Source: an uncultured Planctomycetaceae bacterium
GTDB lineage: Bacteria > Planctomycetota > Planctomycetia > Isosphaerales > Isosphaeraceae
Direction of reading: 5' to 3'
Assembly: GCA_963833985.1 (NCBI GenBank)
Contig: CAWIAD010000001.1
Span: 2,112,001 to 2,176,000 of the forward strand
DNA: 64,000 bases
Each line of letters begins with the position of its first letter. Position 1 is the first letter of the stretch. Made by a program: the position numbers and the translations under genes. Positions 11,656 to 21,034 of the stretch are shown piece after piece. The notes below the pieces were generated by a model. That model was not told where the DNA came from, did no database searches, and saw nothing but the letters and a program-made list of their open reading frames with translations.

Positions 11656-14600
11656 ATGGTTCGCTACATCATCACGTGGAGTCTGCACAACCGGCTGATC
11701 GTCCTGCTCGGCGTGACCGGGCTGATCATCCTGGGTCTGAACTCGGCCTGGAACCTGGATGTCGAGGCCTATCCCGACCCCACACCGCCGCTCGTGGAGG
11801 TGATCACCCAGAACCCTGGCGCCAGCCCTGAGGAAATGGAGCGGCTGATCGGCATTCCGATCGAGACCGTGCTCAACGGCATGCGCGGGCTCAAGTACAT
11901 GCGAAGCACGTCGCTGGCAGGGCTCAACGACATCAAGTGCGTCTTCGAATACGGGGCGGATTACTGGGCCGTCCGCCAGGAGGTGATCAACCGCCTCGGC
12001 TTCGTGAGCAACCTGCCGCAGGGCGTGACTCCGGGTCTTTCTCCCTGGAGCCCCACCGGAGAGATTGTCCGCTACGTCCTGGAAGGACCGAAGTACACGC
12101 TGAACCAGATCAAGGCGGTGCAGGACTGGGTGCTCACCCGTCAGCTCAAGCAAGTGCCTGGCGTGATTGACGTCACCGGTTTCGGCGGCACGGTGAAGGA
12201 ATACCAGGTGCTGCTGGACACCCGGCTGATGCAGCAGTACGGCGTGACCCTCGACCAGGTGGAAAAGGCGATACAGGGGGCCAACGCCAATGTCGGAGGC
12301 AACATCCTGACGCTCGGCAGCCAGGCCCACAATGTGCGGGCGCTCGGCCTCATTGGCGAGGGCATTGACAGCCTTGATCCGGCCAATGCCTCCCAGTCCA
12401 CCCGGCTTGAGGGAATCAAGGTCCATGACATCAACCGGGTGGTCATCAATACCCAGGCCGACGGCACCCCGATCTTTGTGCGGCATATCGCCAAGGCCAT
12501 CGTCGGGCATCACCCCCGGCTCGGCCTGGTCGGCCGGGCGACCATCAATCAGAGCAAGGGCGGTAGCGCCAGCGATGAGGACGACGTCGTCGAAGGCATC
12601 GTCCTCATGCGGAAATATGAGAAATCCAGGCCGACGGCCGACATGGTGCTCCAGAAGCTGAAGGACATTGAACGCGAGAAGCTGCTGCCCGAGGGCATGA
12701 AGGTCACGCTCTTCAACAACCGCACCGACCTCATCGAGGTCACCACGCACAACGTGCTGCACAACTTGCTTTTCGGCATGGGTCTGGTGATCGCCGTGCT
12801 GTTCGTCTTCCTGGGAAACCTGACCAGCGCCGGGGTCGTGGCGCTGATGATTCCGCTGGCGCTCTTCTTTTCGGTGAGCGTCCTCTACGCCCGGGGCGAA
12901 TCGGCCAACCTGCTGTCCATCGGCGCCGTTGACTTCGGCATCATCGTCGATAGTTCGGTCATCATCGTCGAGAACATCTACCGGCACATCGCCACCCCGA
13001 GCGCTGACCGCAGCCGGAGCTGGATCGACCGCATCGCCGATGCGTCCCATGAGATCGAGCGGCGCTCTTCTTCTCCACCACCATCATCGTCTGCGCGTTT
13101 ATTCCACTCTTTTCCATGACGGGGCCTGAAGGGGCCCTCTTCGGCCCCATGGCCAAGACGTATGCGTTTGCGCTCTGTGGCGCGCTCTGCCTGGCGGTGA
13201 CGCTGGCGCCTGTGCTTTGCTCGTACCTGTTCCACGACGGCCTGCGCGAGAAGGACACCATCGTGGATCGGCTGATGAAGCTGCGTTACCTGCGGAACCT
13301 GAACCGGGTCCTGCGCTTCCGCTACCTCACCCTGAGCTTCATGTTCGCGCTCATCATCGTGACGGTCGTGCTGATTCCGCATCTCGGCGGCGAGTTCATG
13401 CCCCCGCTCGAGGAGGGGAACCTGTGGATCCGCGCGGTGATGCCGCGGACCACGTCGCTGGAGCAGGCCGCGAAGCTTGCACCCCGGCTGCGCGACGTGA
13501 TCACCACGATTCCCGAGGTGCGGGGCGTGATGTCGCAGATTGGCCGGCCCGACGACGGCACCGACGTCACGGGCTTCTTCAACATCGAGTTCAACGTGCC
13601 GCTCAAGCCGATGGAGCAATGGCGGAAGGATCGCTGGGGAAGGCCCATCTCCCGCGAGCAAATCCAGGACGAGCTGGCGAAGCGTTTCGACGAGTTTCCT
13701 GGCCTGAACTTCAACTTCTCGCAGTACATCCGCGATAACGTGGAGGAGGCGCTCTCGGGCGTCAAGGGCGCGAACTCGGTGAAGCTCTTCGGCAACGACC
13801 TGGCGCAGCTCGAGGAGATCGGCAAGCAGGTGCTCCAGGTGCTCAGAACCGTTCCGGGAGTGGAAAACGCGGGGCTCTTCCACATCGTCGGCCAGCCCAA
13901 CCTGGAGATCAAGATCGACCGCGACGCCTGCGCCCGCTACGGCGTGAACATCGCGGACGTCGAGGACGCTGTGCAGGTAGCCATCGGCGGCAAGGCCTTC
14001 TCGCAGATGGTCGAGGGAGAGAAGCTCTTCGACATCGTCCTGCGGCTCCCGCTGGAGGCGCGCGACGATCCGGGCGTGATCAGCCGGCTGCCGGTCAGCG
14101 TTCCCGGCAGCGGCCCCGACCAGCCGAGCTTCCGCATTCCGCTCTCACAGCTCGCCCAGATCACGCCGCACAAGCCGGGCGCCTCGTACATTTATCGCGA
14201 GAACAACCGCCGCTACATCCCCATCAAGTTCAGCGTCCGGGGCCGCGACCTGGCCTCCACCATCGCCGAGGCCAAGCGGAAGGTGGACGACCCGATCAAC
14301 GGCGTCAAGCGGCCGTCCGGTTACAACATCGAGTGGTCCGGCGAGTTCGCCCAGATGGAGCAGGCCAACAGCCGGCTGCTCTGGATCGTTCCGCTGTCAG
14401 TGGGCCTCATCCTCATCTTGCTCTACAGCGCCTTCAACAACTTCAAGGACGCCATGCTGGTGATGGTCAACGTCATCGAGGCCTCGATGGGGGGCGTCTG
14501 GGCGCTCTGGCTCACCGGTACGCCGTTCTCGATCTCGGCGGCGGTGGGTTTCGTATCAATCTTCGGTGTCGCCGTCCAGGACGGCGTTCTGTTGATCTCT

Positions 14601-14945
14601 TACTTCAATCAGATGCGGGCCGCCGGCCGCGGGGTGCGCGAGTCGATCCTCCGCGGAGCCGAGTTGCGCGTGCGGCCGGTGGTCATGACCTCATTGACCG
14701 CGGCCCTCGGCCTCTTTCCCGCGGCCATCGCCACATCGATCGGCTCGCAGGCGCAGAAGCCGCTGGCGATCGTCGTGGTCGGCGGCATGCTCGTGACGCT
14801 CTTCCTGACGCGCTACCTCATGCCGGTCCTGTACAGCTTCTTCCCCGGTCCGCGCGGGCACTCCGGGCAAGGAGACCTCGTCGAGGGATCTCACTACGCG
14901 GACCAGTTCCTGGCCATGCCCTCTCGGCTGGACCGGAAAGATTGA
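11656..14945 (+). CDS. CusA/CzcA heavy-metal RND efflux permease, 1-nt frameshift near 13060
   Basis: AYPD..P..VEVITQ.PG..PEEME, NLLSIGAVDFGIIVD, EFMPPLEEG, RVRPVVMT. Split across ORFs 11656..13119 and 13116..14945; restoring one G gives ERALFFSTTIIVCAFIPLFSMTG. Confidence 0.92.
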
Positions 14946-15070
14946 AAATGGTGTGCTGATGCCAGTGCAATGGCACGGCCCCTCGCGTGCGCACGGAACG
15001 CGGAGCGAGGGGCCGATGCGGTCCTCATGGAATCACGCCCGCGACCCCGGGAGCAGGGGCAGGGTCCGCA

Positions 15071-17143
15071 TCATTCCTCCTCGCTGCCGGCCTCCTTGAG
15101 GCTCTCGAGCTCTTCGACCAGTTCCTTGACCTTACGCTCGAGCGCCTCGATGCGCGCGTCTCGGTCCTTCCGGACTGGCTTGACCCCGCTCTTCCTGGAT
15201 GCGGCCTTGGCCCCGACCCGCTGCTTGAGCTCCGCCTCGTGTTTCCTGGCCATGTCCTCAACCATGGCTTTCATCTTCTTCTCGAAGCCCGAACCCGGGC
15301 CGAACTGCTGCTTGATCTCCTTTTCAAAGCCCGAACCCGGGCCGAGCTTCTGCGTGATCTTCTTCTCGAAATCCGAGCCCGGACCGAGCTTCTCCTTGAT
15401 CTTCTTCTCGAAATCCGAACCCGGGCCGAACTGCTGATTGATCTTCTTCTCGAAATCCGAACTCGGGCCGAACTGCTGCTTGATCTTCTTCTCAAAATCC
15501 GAGCCCGGGCCGAACTTCTCCTTGATCTTCTTCTCGAAGTCCGAGCCCGGGCCGAGTTCCTTGGCCATCTTCTCGCCCATGGCTTTCATCTTCCGGGCGA
15601 ACTCGGATTCCTCACCGAACTGCTTCTCCATGTCCCGGGCCAGGATCTCCGCATACTTGGCATGCTCCGACTGGCTGAGCATTTTCTGCTTGATGTCCCG
15701 GGAGAGCTTTTCGAGTATCTCGGCGAGCTTTTTCTCAAAATCCGGGCCGAGGGCGGACTCGATCTGCTTGTCGATGTCCTCCGCCTCATGATCGCCCTTG
15801 GTTTCTGCCCTGGCAGAGTTCGATTTCGCCGGCTTCGTCCTGCTCTTCGCCACGTCCTTCCCTTGAGCACTGCCGGGGCCGTCCTCGTCGTCATCGTCCG
15901 GGGCAAGAGCAGCAGCCTTGTCCTCATCGGGTTCGCCGCGCTCGGCGAGCTCCGAGGATTCAGGGGAGCCGGCCCGCGCGGAGGCCTCCACACGCCGCGG
16001 CTCGTCAGTGGAGGCGAGGATTCCAGACGGCAGCGACGCGATGATCATGAGGCCGGCGGCCAGCATGGCCATGGGGGAGACACGGAGAGTCGCATGCTCA
16101 TGCAAGATCATGGTTAACCTCTTTTCAAAGAATTTGCCCGCCCCGCCGATACCCAGTGCGGGCGACGGCACCTCGGTCCTGGAACACTGCGCGCACACGT
16201 GGAGAAGGGCCTCGGCGTAGTCGAGCCGCTCCTCGGGGAGGGCCCACACAGCCCAGGCGTCACAGGACAGCTCGGCCTCGGCATCGAGCTGTCGGCAGAC
16301 GAACCAGTACAGCGGGTTCCACCACCAGAGCAGACCCGCCACCAGCTCCATGCGGCAAACCCAGGGATCGCCGCGCTTGATGTGGGCCAGCTCATGGGCG
16401 AGGATTCCCCTCCAGCGCTCGGCCGCAATCGACTTGACCAGGTCAGCCGGCACGAGCAGCCTGACCGGGCCCAGACACCAGAGCATGGGAGTTGTGATCT
16501 CCGGGACAAAGCAGATCTCGGGTACCTTCACCCGGAGCCGCTCGCCAATCGCCCTGGCTTCCTCGACCAGCCAGAATGGGGCCGGTGACGCTTCATCGAG
16601 CAGCCTCCGGAACCGGGCCAGCCGGTATCCCTGCAAGACCGCGATGAGGACGGCTCCGCAACCCCAGAGCCAGAGCGTGAGCCTGCCGATCGGAATCCCG
16701 GCGCGGGCAGTTTGTTTCCCTGGCGCGCCGCGAGCGGCCCGCGGCATTTCCGCCGGCTGCAAGACCGGGGCAGGGGCCGGCCCCTCGTTACGATTGGCGT
16801 TGCCGGCGACAGCAGGGACGTGATCCGGGTCCGATCCGGCCGTCGCCGTCGCCTCGCTGCGATCGCCGAGCGCTGCGCGGAGGGCGGCTTCCGCACTGGA
16901 GTCTTCGCCCGGCATCGCGGCAGGCCCCGCGATCATGCCGGCCCGAGCGCCACTCCAGGGCGACTGCGGCATGGGAAAACGCCAGGGTGATGCAACAATC
17001 GGAGGCATGATCAGCCTGATGAGCACCACCAGCCAGAACGCATGCCGTGCCGACGAATTGCTGAAAGGCAGCCGCCCGAACGCCCCGGCAAGAGCCGCCA
17101 GCCCCCCGGCCACGAGCGTCGTCTCGATCAACCACCCGAGCAT
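15071..17143 (-). CDS. BlaR1/M56 family metallopeptidase with repeat-rich C-terminal region
   Basis: TM helices, ILAHELAHIKR (HExxH), WWWNPLYW, EAELSCD; directly downstream of a BlaI gene. Confidence 0.9.
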   Translation of the reverse strand: MLGWLIETTLVAGGLAALAGAFGRLPFSNSSARHAFWLVVLIRLIMPPIVASPWRFPMPQSPWSGARAGMIAGPAAMPGEDSSAEAALRAALGDRSEATATAGSDPDHVPAVAGNANRNEGPAPAPVLQPAEMPRAARGAPGKQTARAGIPIGRLTLWLWGCGAVLIAVLQGYRLARFRRLLDEASPAPFWLVEEARAIGERLRVKVPEICFVPEITTPMLWCLGPVRLLVPADLVKSIAAERWRGILAHELAHIKRGDPWVCRMELVAGLLWWWNPLYWFVCRQLDAEAELSCDAWAVWALPEERLDYAEALLHVCAQCSRTEVPSPALGIGGAGKFFEKRLTMILHEHATLRVSPMAMLAAGLMIIASLPSGILASTDEPRRVEASARAGSPESSELAERGEPDEDKAAALAPDDDDEDGPGSAQGKDVAKSRTKPAKSNSARAETKGDHEAEDIDKQIESALGPDFEKKLAEILEKLSRDIKQKMLSQSEHAKYAEILARDMEKQFGEESEFARKMKAMGEKMAKELGPGSDFEKKIKEKFGPGSDFEKKIKQQFGPSSDFEKKINQQFGPGSDFEKKIKEKLGPGSDFEKKITQKLGPGSGFEKEIKQQFGPGSGFEKKMKAMVEDMARKHEAELKQRVGAKAASRKSGVKPVRKDRDARIEALERKVKELVEELESLKEAGSEEE
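15260..15553 (-). repeat. Seven tandem 42-bp (14-aa) coding repeats
   Basis: Six copies of GP(G/S)S(D/G)FEK(K/E)I(K/N/T)(E/Q)(K/Q)(F/L) plus a seventh GPGSGFEKKMKAMV. Confidence 0.95.
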
Positions 17144-17188
17144 GTTGGGCCTCCACGCGGTCGGAGAAGATTCTGGGTATCCGGCTGG

Positions 17189-17593
17189 TCAACCCCTGGG
17201 TTTTCGTGATTTCCGGGCGCTCGCGGCCTCATCCAGCAAGCGCCGGAACCGTACCAGTTCCTCTTCCGAAAAGCGGTGGCCCTGCACGAGCGCCAGGACC
17301 AGCGGGGCAGTCTTGCCGTCGCACAGTTCCTCGGCGGCATCCTTCAGCCGGCGATCGAGCAGCTCCTCCCGCGTGACCGACGCCCGAAAGACGTGGGGCG
17401 TGACGGATGCGTCCGACTCGACATACCGTTTGGCTTGCAGCCTCTGCAAGAGCGTCGCCACCGTCGTGTAGGCCCAGGTACGTCCCAGCTGCGTGAGAAC
17501 CTCCCTGATCCCGCGCACCGAGGCCGGGCCGTGGTCCCAGAGCACCCTGAGAACCTGGCGCTCCGCCTCGCTCATCTCCGGCTGACCTGACAT
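17189..17593 (-). CDS. BlaI/MecI/CopY family transcriptional repressor
   Basis: SEAERQVLRVLWDHGP..WAYTTVATLLQRL..K.YV. Confidence 0.93.
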   Translation of the reverse strand: MSGQPEMSEAERQVLRVLWDHGPASVRGIREVLTQLGRTWAYTTVATLLQRLQAKRYVESDASVTPHVFRASVTREELLDRRLKDAAEELCDGKTAPLVLALVQGHRFSEEELVRFRRLLDEAASARKSRKPRG

Positions 17594-17628
17594 GGCTGCT
17601 CCCGTACTTCCTGAAACCGATCGCCATT

Positions 17629-17676
17629 CTCTACAGGCTGTAGTAGGACGTTACTACAAACCGTAGGAGGACGCAA
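17629..17676 (-). promoter_or_regulatory. blaI promoter with two palindromic operators
   Basis: CTCTAC-N5-GTAGTA (17629-17645) and TACTAC-N5-GTAGGA (17652-17668) flank and overlap minus-strand TTGCGT-17-TAACGT. Confidence 0.65.
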
Positions 17677-17738
17677 GGGGCAATTCGCAGCTCTCTGGGA
17701 ATTCCTGGATTGAATCTCTGTTTTTCGGCATTGCATAC

Positions 17739-19685
17739 TTGAGGAAGCGATTCAAGCTGAGAGGGGAGCAAGGCAATGCACGGGCGTTTTGCTGGTCTGC
17801 GCGCGGGCTCTGGCCCGGGGTCATGGTCCTGGCGGGTCTCGCTCCCGTGGGCTTCGCGCAGACTCACGCCGCGAAGCCAGGGCGCCAGGTGGAAACACTC
17901 GGCCGCGGACTGGTCGCCCTCAGCGCGGGGCAGGGCCAGGTCTTTCTGAGCTGGCGACTGCTGGGGACCGAGCCCGATTCCATTGCCTTCAACGTCTACC
18001 ATGCACCGGCCGGCGGCGCGGCGAGACGGCTCAACGACCGACCCTTGACCGGAGCGACATGCTATGTGCACAAGATCAAGAGTCCGGGCGGGACGTACTG
18101 GATCAGGCCCGTGCTCGACGGTCGCGAGCTCGAGGACGGTCCCTCGCGCATGCTGGCCGCGGGCATGGCGGATCGACCTTACCTCACCATCCCGTTGCGG
18201 ACCCCGGAAGGCTACAGCCCGAACGATGCCTCCGTGGGTGACCTGGACGGCGACGGCGAGTACGAGATCGTCCTGCACCAGGCCGCCGGCGGGCGCGACA
18301 ACTCGCAGCGCGGGCAGACCGGTGAGCCTCTGCTTGAAGCCTACAGGCTCGACGGTACGTTCCTCTGGAGGATCAACCTCGGCAAGAACATCCGCGAGGG
18401 GGCGCACTACACACAGTTCCTGGTTTACGACTTCGACGGCGACGGCAGGGCCGAGGTGGTCTGCAAGACGGCCGACGGCACGGTCGACGGTCGCGGCCAT
18501 GTGATCGGCGATGCCCGCGCGGACTGGCGCAACCCGGCGGGGTACATTCTGGCCGGCCCAGAGTTCTTGACGGTCTTTGATGGCCTGACCGGAGGTGCCC
18601 TCGCCACGGCTGATTACCTGCCGCCACGTGGCGACGTCGGCTCATGGGGAGACACGTATGGCAACCGGGTGGACCGCTTCCTGGCGTGCGTGGCCTTTCT
18701 TGATGGAGTTCGGCCCAGCATCGTCATGTGCCGCGGTTACTACACGCGCACCGTGCTGGTTGCCTGGAACTGGAGGGACGGAACGCTCAGCCGGGTCTGG
18801 ACCTTCGACAGCGACGATGGCACTCCTGGCAACCGTTCCTACCGGGGGCAGGGCAACCACAACCTGAGCGTCGGCGACGTCGATGGCGACGGCAGGGACG
18901 AGATCATCTTCGGTGCCTGTTGCATCGACCACGACGGCAAGGGGCTCTACTCGACGGGATGGGGCCACGGCGATGCACTCCACCTCTCCGACCTTGACCC
19001 GGATCGGCCCGGCCTGGAGGTTTTTGACATCCACGAACGCCCCCGCCACCCCCATGGCGCCGAGTTTCGCGACGCCGCGACCGGCGCATTGCTCTGGAGC
19101 AAGCCATCGCCCGACGTGGGTCGCGGCCTGGCAGCCGATATCGACCCACGCCATCTCGGCTACGAAATGTGGGCGTCGGGCGCGGGACTCGCGGGACTGT
19201 GGGACGTGAAGGGAAGGTCGGTCTCCGACCGCAAGCCCCGATCGTGCAACTTCGCGGTCTGGTGGGACGGCGACCTGCTCCGGGAACTGCTCGACGGCAA
19301 TACCATCAGCAAATGGCAATGGAAGACCGGCTCGGAGACGACCCTGCTGCGTGCCGATGGCTGCATCGCCTGCAACGGAACCAAGTCAACCCCCTGCCTC
19401 TGTGCCGACATCCTGGGCGACTGGCGTGAAGAGGTCGTCTGGAAAACCACCGGCAACCGTGAACTGCGAATCTACACCACCACCATCCCTACCCTGGTCC
19501 GCCTCCCCACCCTGATGCACGACCATCAGTACCGGCTCAGCGTGGCCTGGCAGAATGTCGGCTACAACCAGCCCCCACAACCCGGCTATTACCTGGGCGA
19601 GGGCATGAGTGCTCCGCCTCGGCCCGCGTCCACGACACAATCACCCGCCGACACACAGCCTCTCCGCAAGACAGCCTTGCCATGA
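17739..19685 (+). CDS. Rhamnogalacturonan lyase, PL11 (YesW/YesX-like); start may be 17823
   Basis: ETLGRGLVA, NDASVGDLDGDGEYE, NIREGAHYTQFLVYDFDGDG, GNRVDRFLA, QGNHNLSVGDVDGDG, WQNVGYNQPP. Confidence 0.92.
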   Translation: MRKRFKLRGEQGNARAFCWSARGLWPGVMVLAGLAPVGFAQTHAAKPGRQVETLGRGLVALSAGQGQVFLSWRLLGTEPDSIAFNVYHAPAGGAARRLNDRPLTGATCYVHKIKSPGGTYWIRPVLDGRELEDGPSRMLAAGMADRPYLTIPLRTPEGYSPNDASVGDLDGDGEYEIVLHQAAGGRDNSQRGQTGEPLLEAYRLDGTFLWRINLGKNIREGAHYTQFLVYDFDGDGRAEVVCKTADGTVDGRGHVIGDARADWRNPAGYILAGPEFLTVFDGLTGGALATADYLPPRGDVGSWGDTYGNRVDRFLACVAFLDGVRPSIVMCRGYYTRTVLVAWNWRDGTLSRVWTFDSDDGTPGNRSYRGQGNHNLSVGDVDGDGRDEIIFGACCIDHDGKGLYSTGWGHGDALHLSDLDPDRPGLEVFDIHERPRHPHGAEFRDAATGALLWSKPSPDVGRGLAADIDPRHLGYEMWASGAGLAGLWDVKGRSVSDRKPRSCNFAVWWDGDLLRELLDGNTISKWQWKTGSETTLLRADGCIACNGTKSTPCLCADILGDWREEVVWKTTGNRELRIYTTTIPTLVRLPTLMHDHQYRLSVAWQNVGYNQPPQPGYYLGEGMSAPPRPASTTQSPADTQPLRKTALP

Positions 19686-19828
19686 ACCTCGTGGGGGTCC
19701 CCGGCGTCTTCGCCCACCCGCGCTGCGGAGCCGAGGCACTTCTGGTCTTCCCTGCCGCCACGCTGTAAATTGGGAGCAACTGCTCCTGGCTTGCTCTCTG
19801 GATACTGTGAAACGAGGAGTTTTGGTTT

Positions 19829-20845
19829 ATGATCATGCGTTTGGTACCTGTTTTCATCAGCTTCGTGATGATCTTCATCTCCGGCGCAGGCCGGCTCTCT
19901 GCGCAGGACGAGTTCGCGGGGCTGAAGACCTTCAGCTCGATCGGCAAGGGCTCGCCGGCGCTCGATGGTTACAAGGAGGCGGAACTGCTCGCCCACACGG
20001 GCAAGGGCTGCCTGACGCACATGTGGTTCGGGGGTGATTGGCCGGGATACGATCGCACGCGCCTGCGCATTTACGTGGACGGCGAATCGGAGCCGTCCAT
20101 CGACATGGAACTGGGTCTCGGCCACGGCCAGGCCTTCGAGCATTCCGGTCCGTGGGGCGGCGACCGGGTCGGCCGCACAGGGCAGCCCAGCGGCATCTAC
20201 AACACCTACAAGATTCCCTTCGGCAAGTCGATCCGGGTCACCGCCCAGCGCGACAAGGAGTCGCCATCAGCGTCGGCATTCTGGTGGATCATCCGCGGAA
20301 CGGAAAACCTGCCGGTGAGCATCGCGGGCGTGCGACTGCCGGAGACGGCCCGGCTCAAGCTCTACCGCCTTGAGAACTACACCGCCCGGCCGCTGGAGGA
20401 GTTCAAACTCTGCGACGTTGCCGGCTCCGGTGCCCTGTACCAGGTGACCATTGCCGCGAAGGGCCTGCGTCAGACCGGCGACTGGAAGAACCTGAGCTTC
20501 CTGGAAGCCTGCATGCGCGCCTATATCGACGGTGCCACCGAACCGATACTGCTTTCGTCCGGGCTGGAAGATTACTTTCTGGGCACTTATTACTTCAACA
20601 AAGGCCGGTATGCGAATAACATTGCCGGTCTTACGCATCTGGATGTGAAGGAACAAACCTTCTCGGCCTACCGCTTCCACGATACCGACCCGGTCTTCTT
20701 TCACTCCGGCCTGAAGCTGACGTGCCGTTGCGGCGAGAGCGAGGATGGCTCGAAACACGGCAAGACGGTTGGCGACCCGCCCGAGACGCGCTACACCACG
20801 TACACCTGGGTGTACTCATGGCCAGAGACAGGCGGCAGGCCCTGA
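19829..20845 (+). CDS. Secreted DUF2961 family protein (GH172-like)
   Basis: Signal peptide; LTHMWF, RLRIYVDGE..PSI, IPFGKS, LEA...YIDG, GLEDYF, SAYRFH..DPV.F. Confidence 0.8.
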   Translation: MIMRLVPVFISFVMIFISGAGRLSAQDEFAGLKTFSSIGKGSPALDGYKEAELLAHTGKGCLTHMWFGGDWPGYDRTRLRIYVDGESEPSIDMELGLGHGQAFEHSGPWGGDRVGRTGQPSGIYNTYKIPFGKSIRVTAQRDKESPSASAFWWIIRGTENLPVSIAGVRLPETARLKLYRLENYTARPLEEFKLCDVAGSGALYQVTIAAKGLRQTGDWKNLSFLEACMRAYIDGATEPILLSSGLEDYFLGTYYFNKGRYANNIAGLTHLDVKEQTFSAYRFHDTDPVFFHSGLKLTCRCGESEDGSKHGKTVGDPPETRYTTYTWVYSWPETGGRP

Positions 20846-21034
20846 GCAGATGGACATCCCGAGCCGGCTCAAGGCACGTTTCCAGCCCTACCCCCAGGGC
20901 ATCCCGCGGCGCCCCGCGGCAAGGATTCCTCGCTTGTTGACGTTTTCCCATACGAAGCAGGGCGATTCGACGATATAAGGAGCGTAGAGAGCAGGGTCCG
21001 TCGTATATTTTCGTGATCGCAGGAGCCCGATGGC

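Noticed and set aside
13050..13120. Programmed ribosomal frameshift or naturally split CusA
   Set aside because: No slippery heptamer; a single missing G restores the canonical TM helix, as at the other indel sites
15260..15553. 42-bp periodic repeat as a CRISPR array
   Set aside because: Units are contiguous with no unique spacers, stay in frame within the M56 gene, and no cas genes are present
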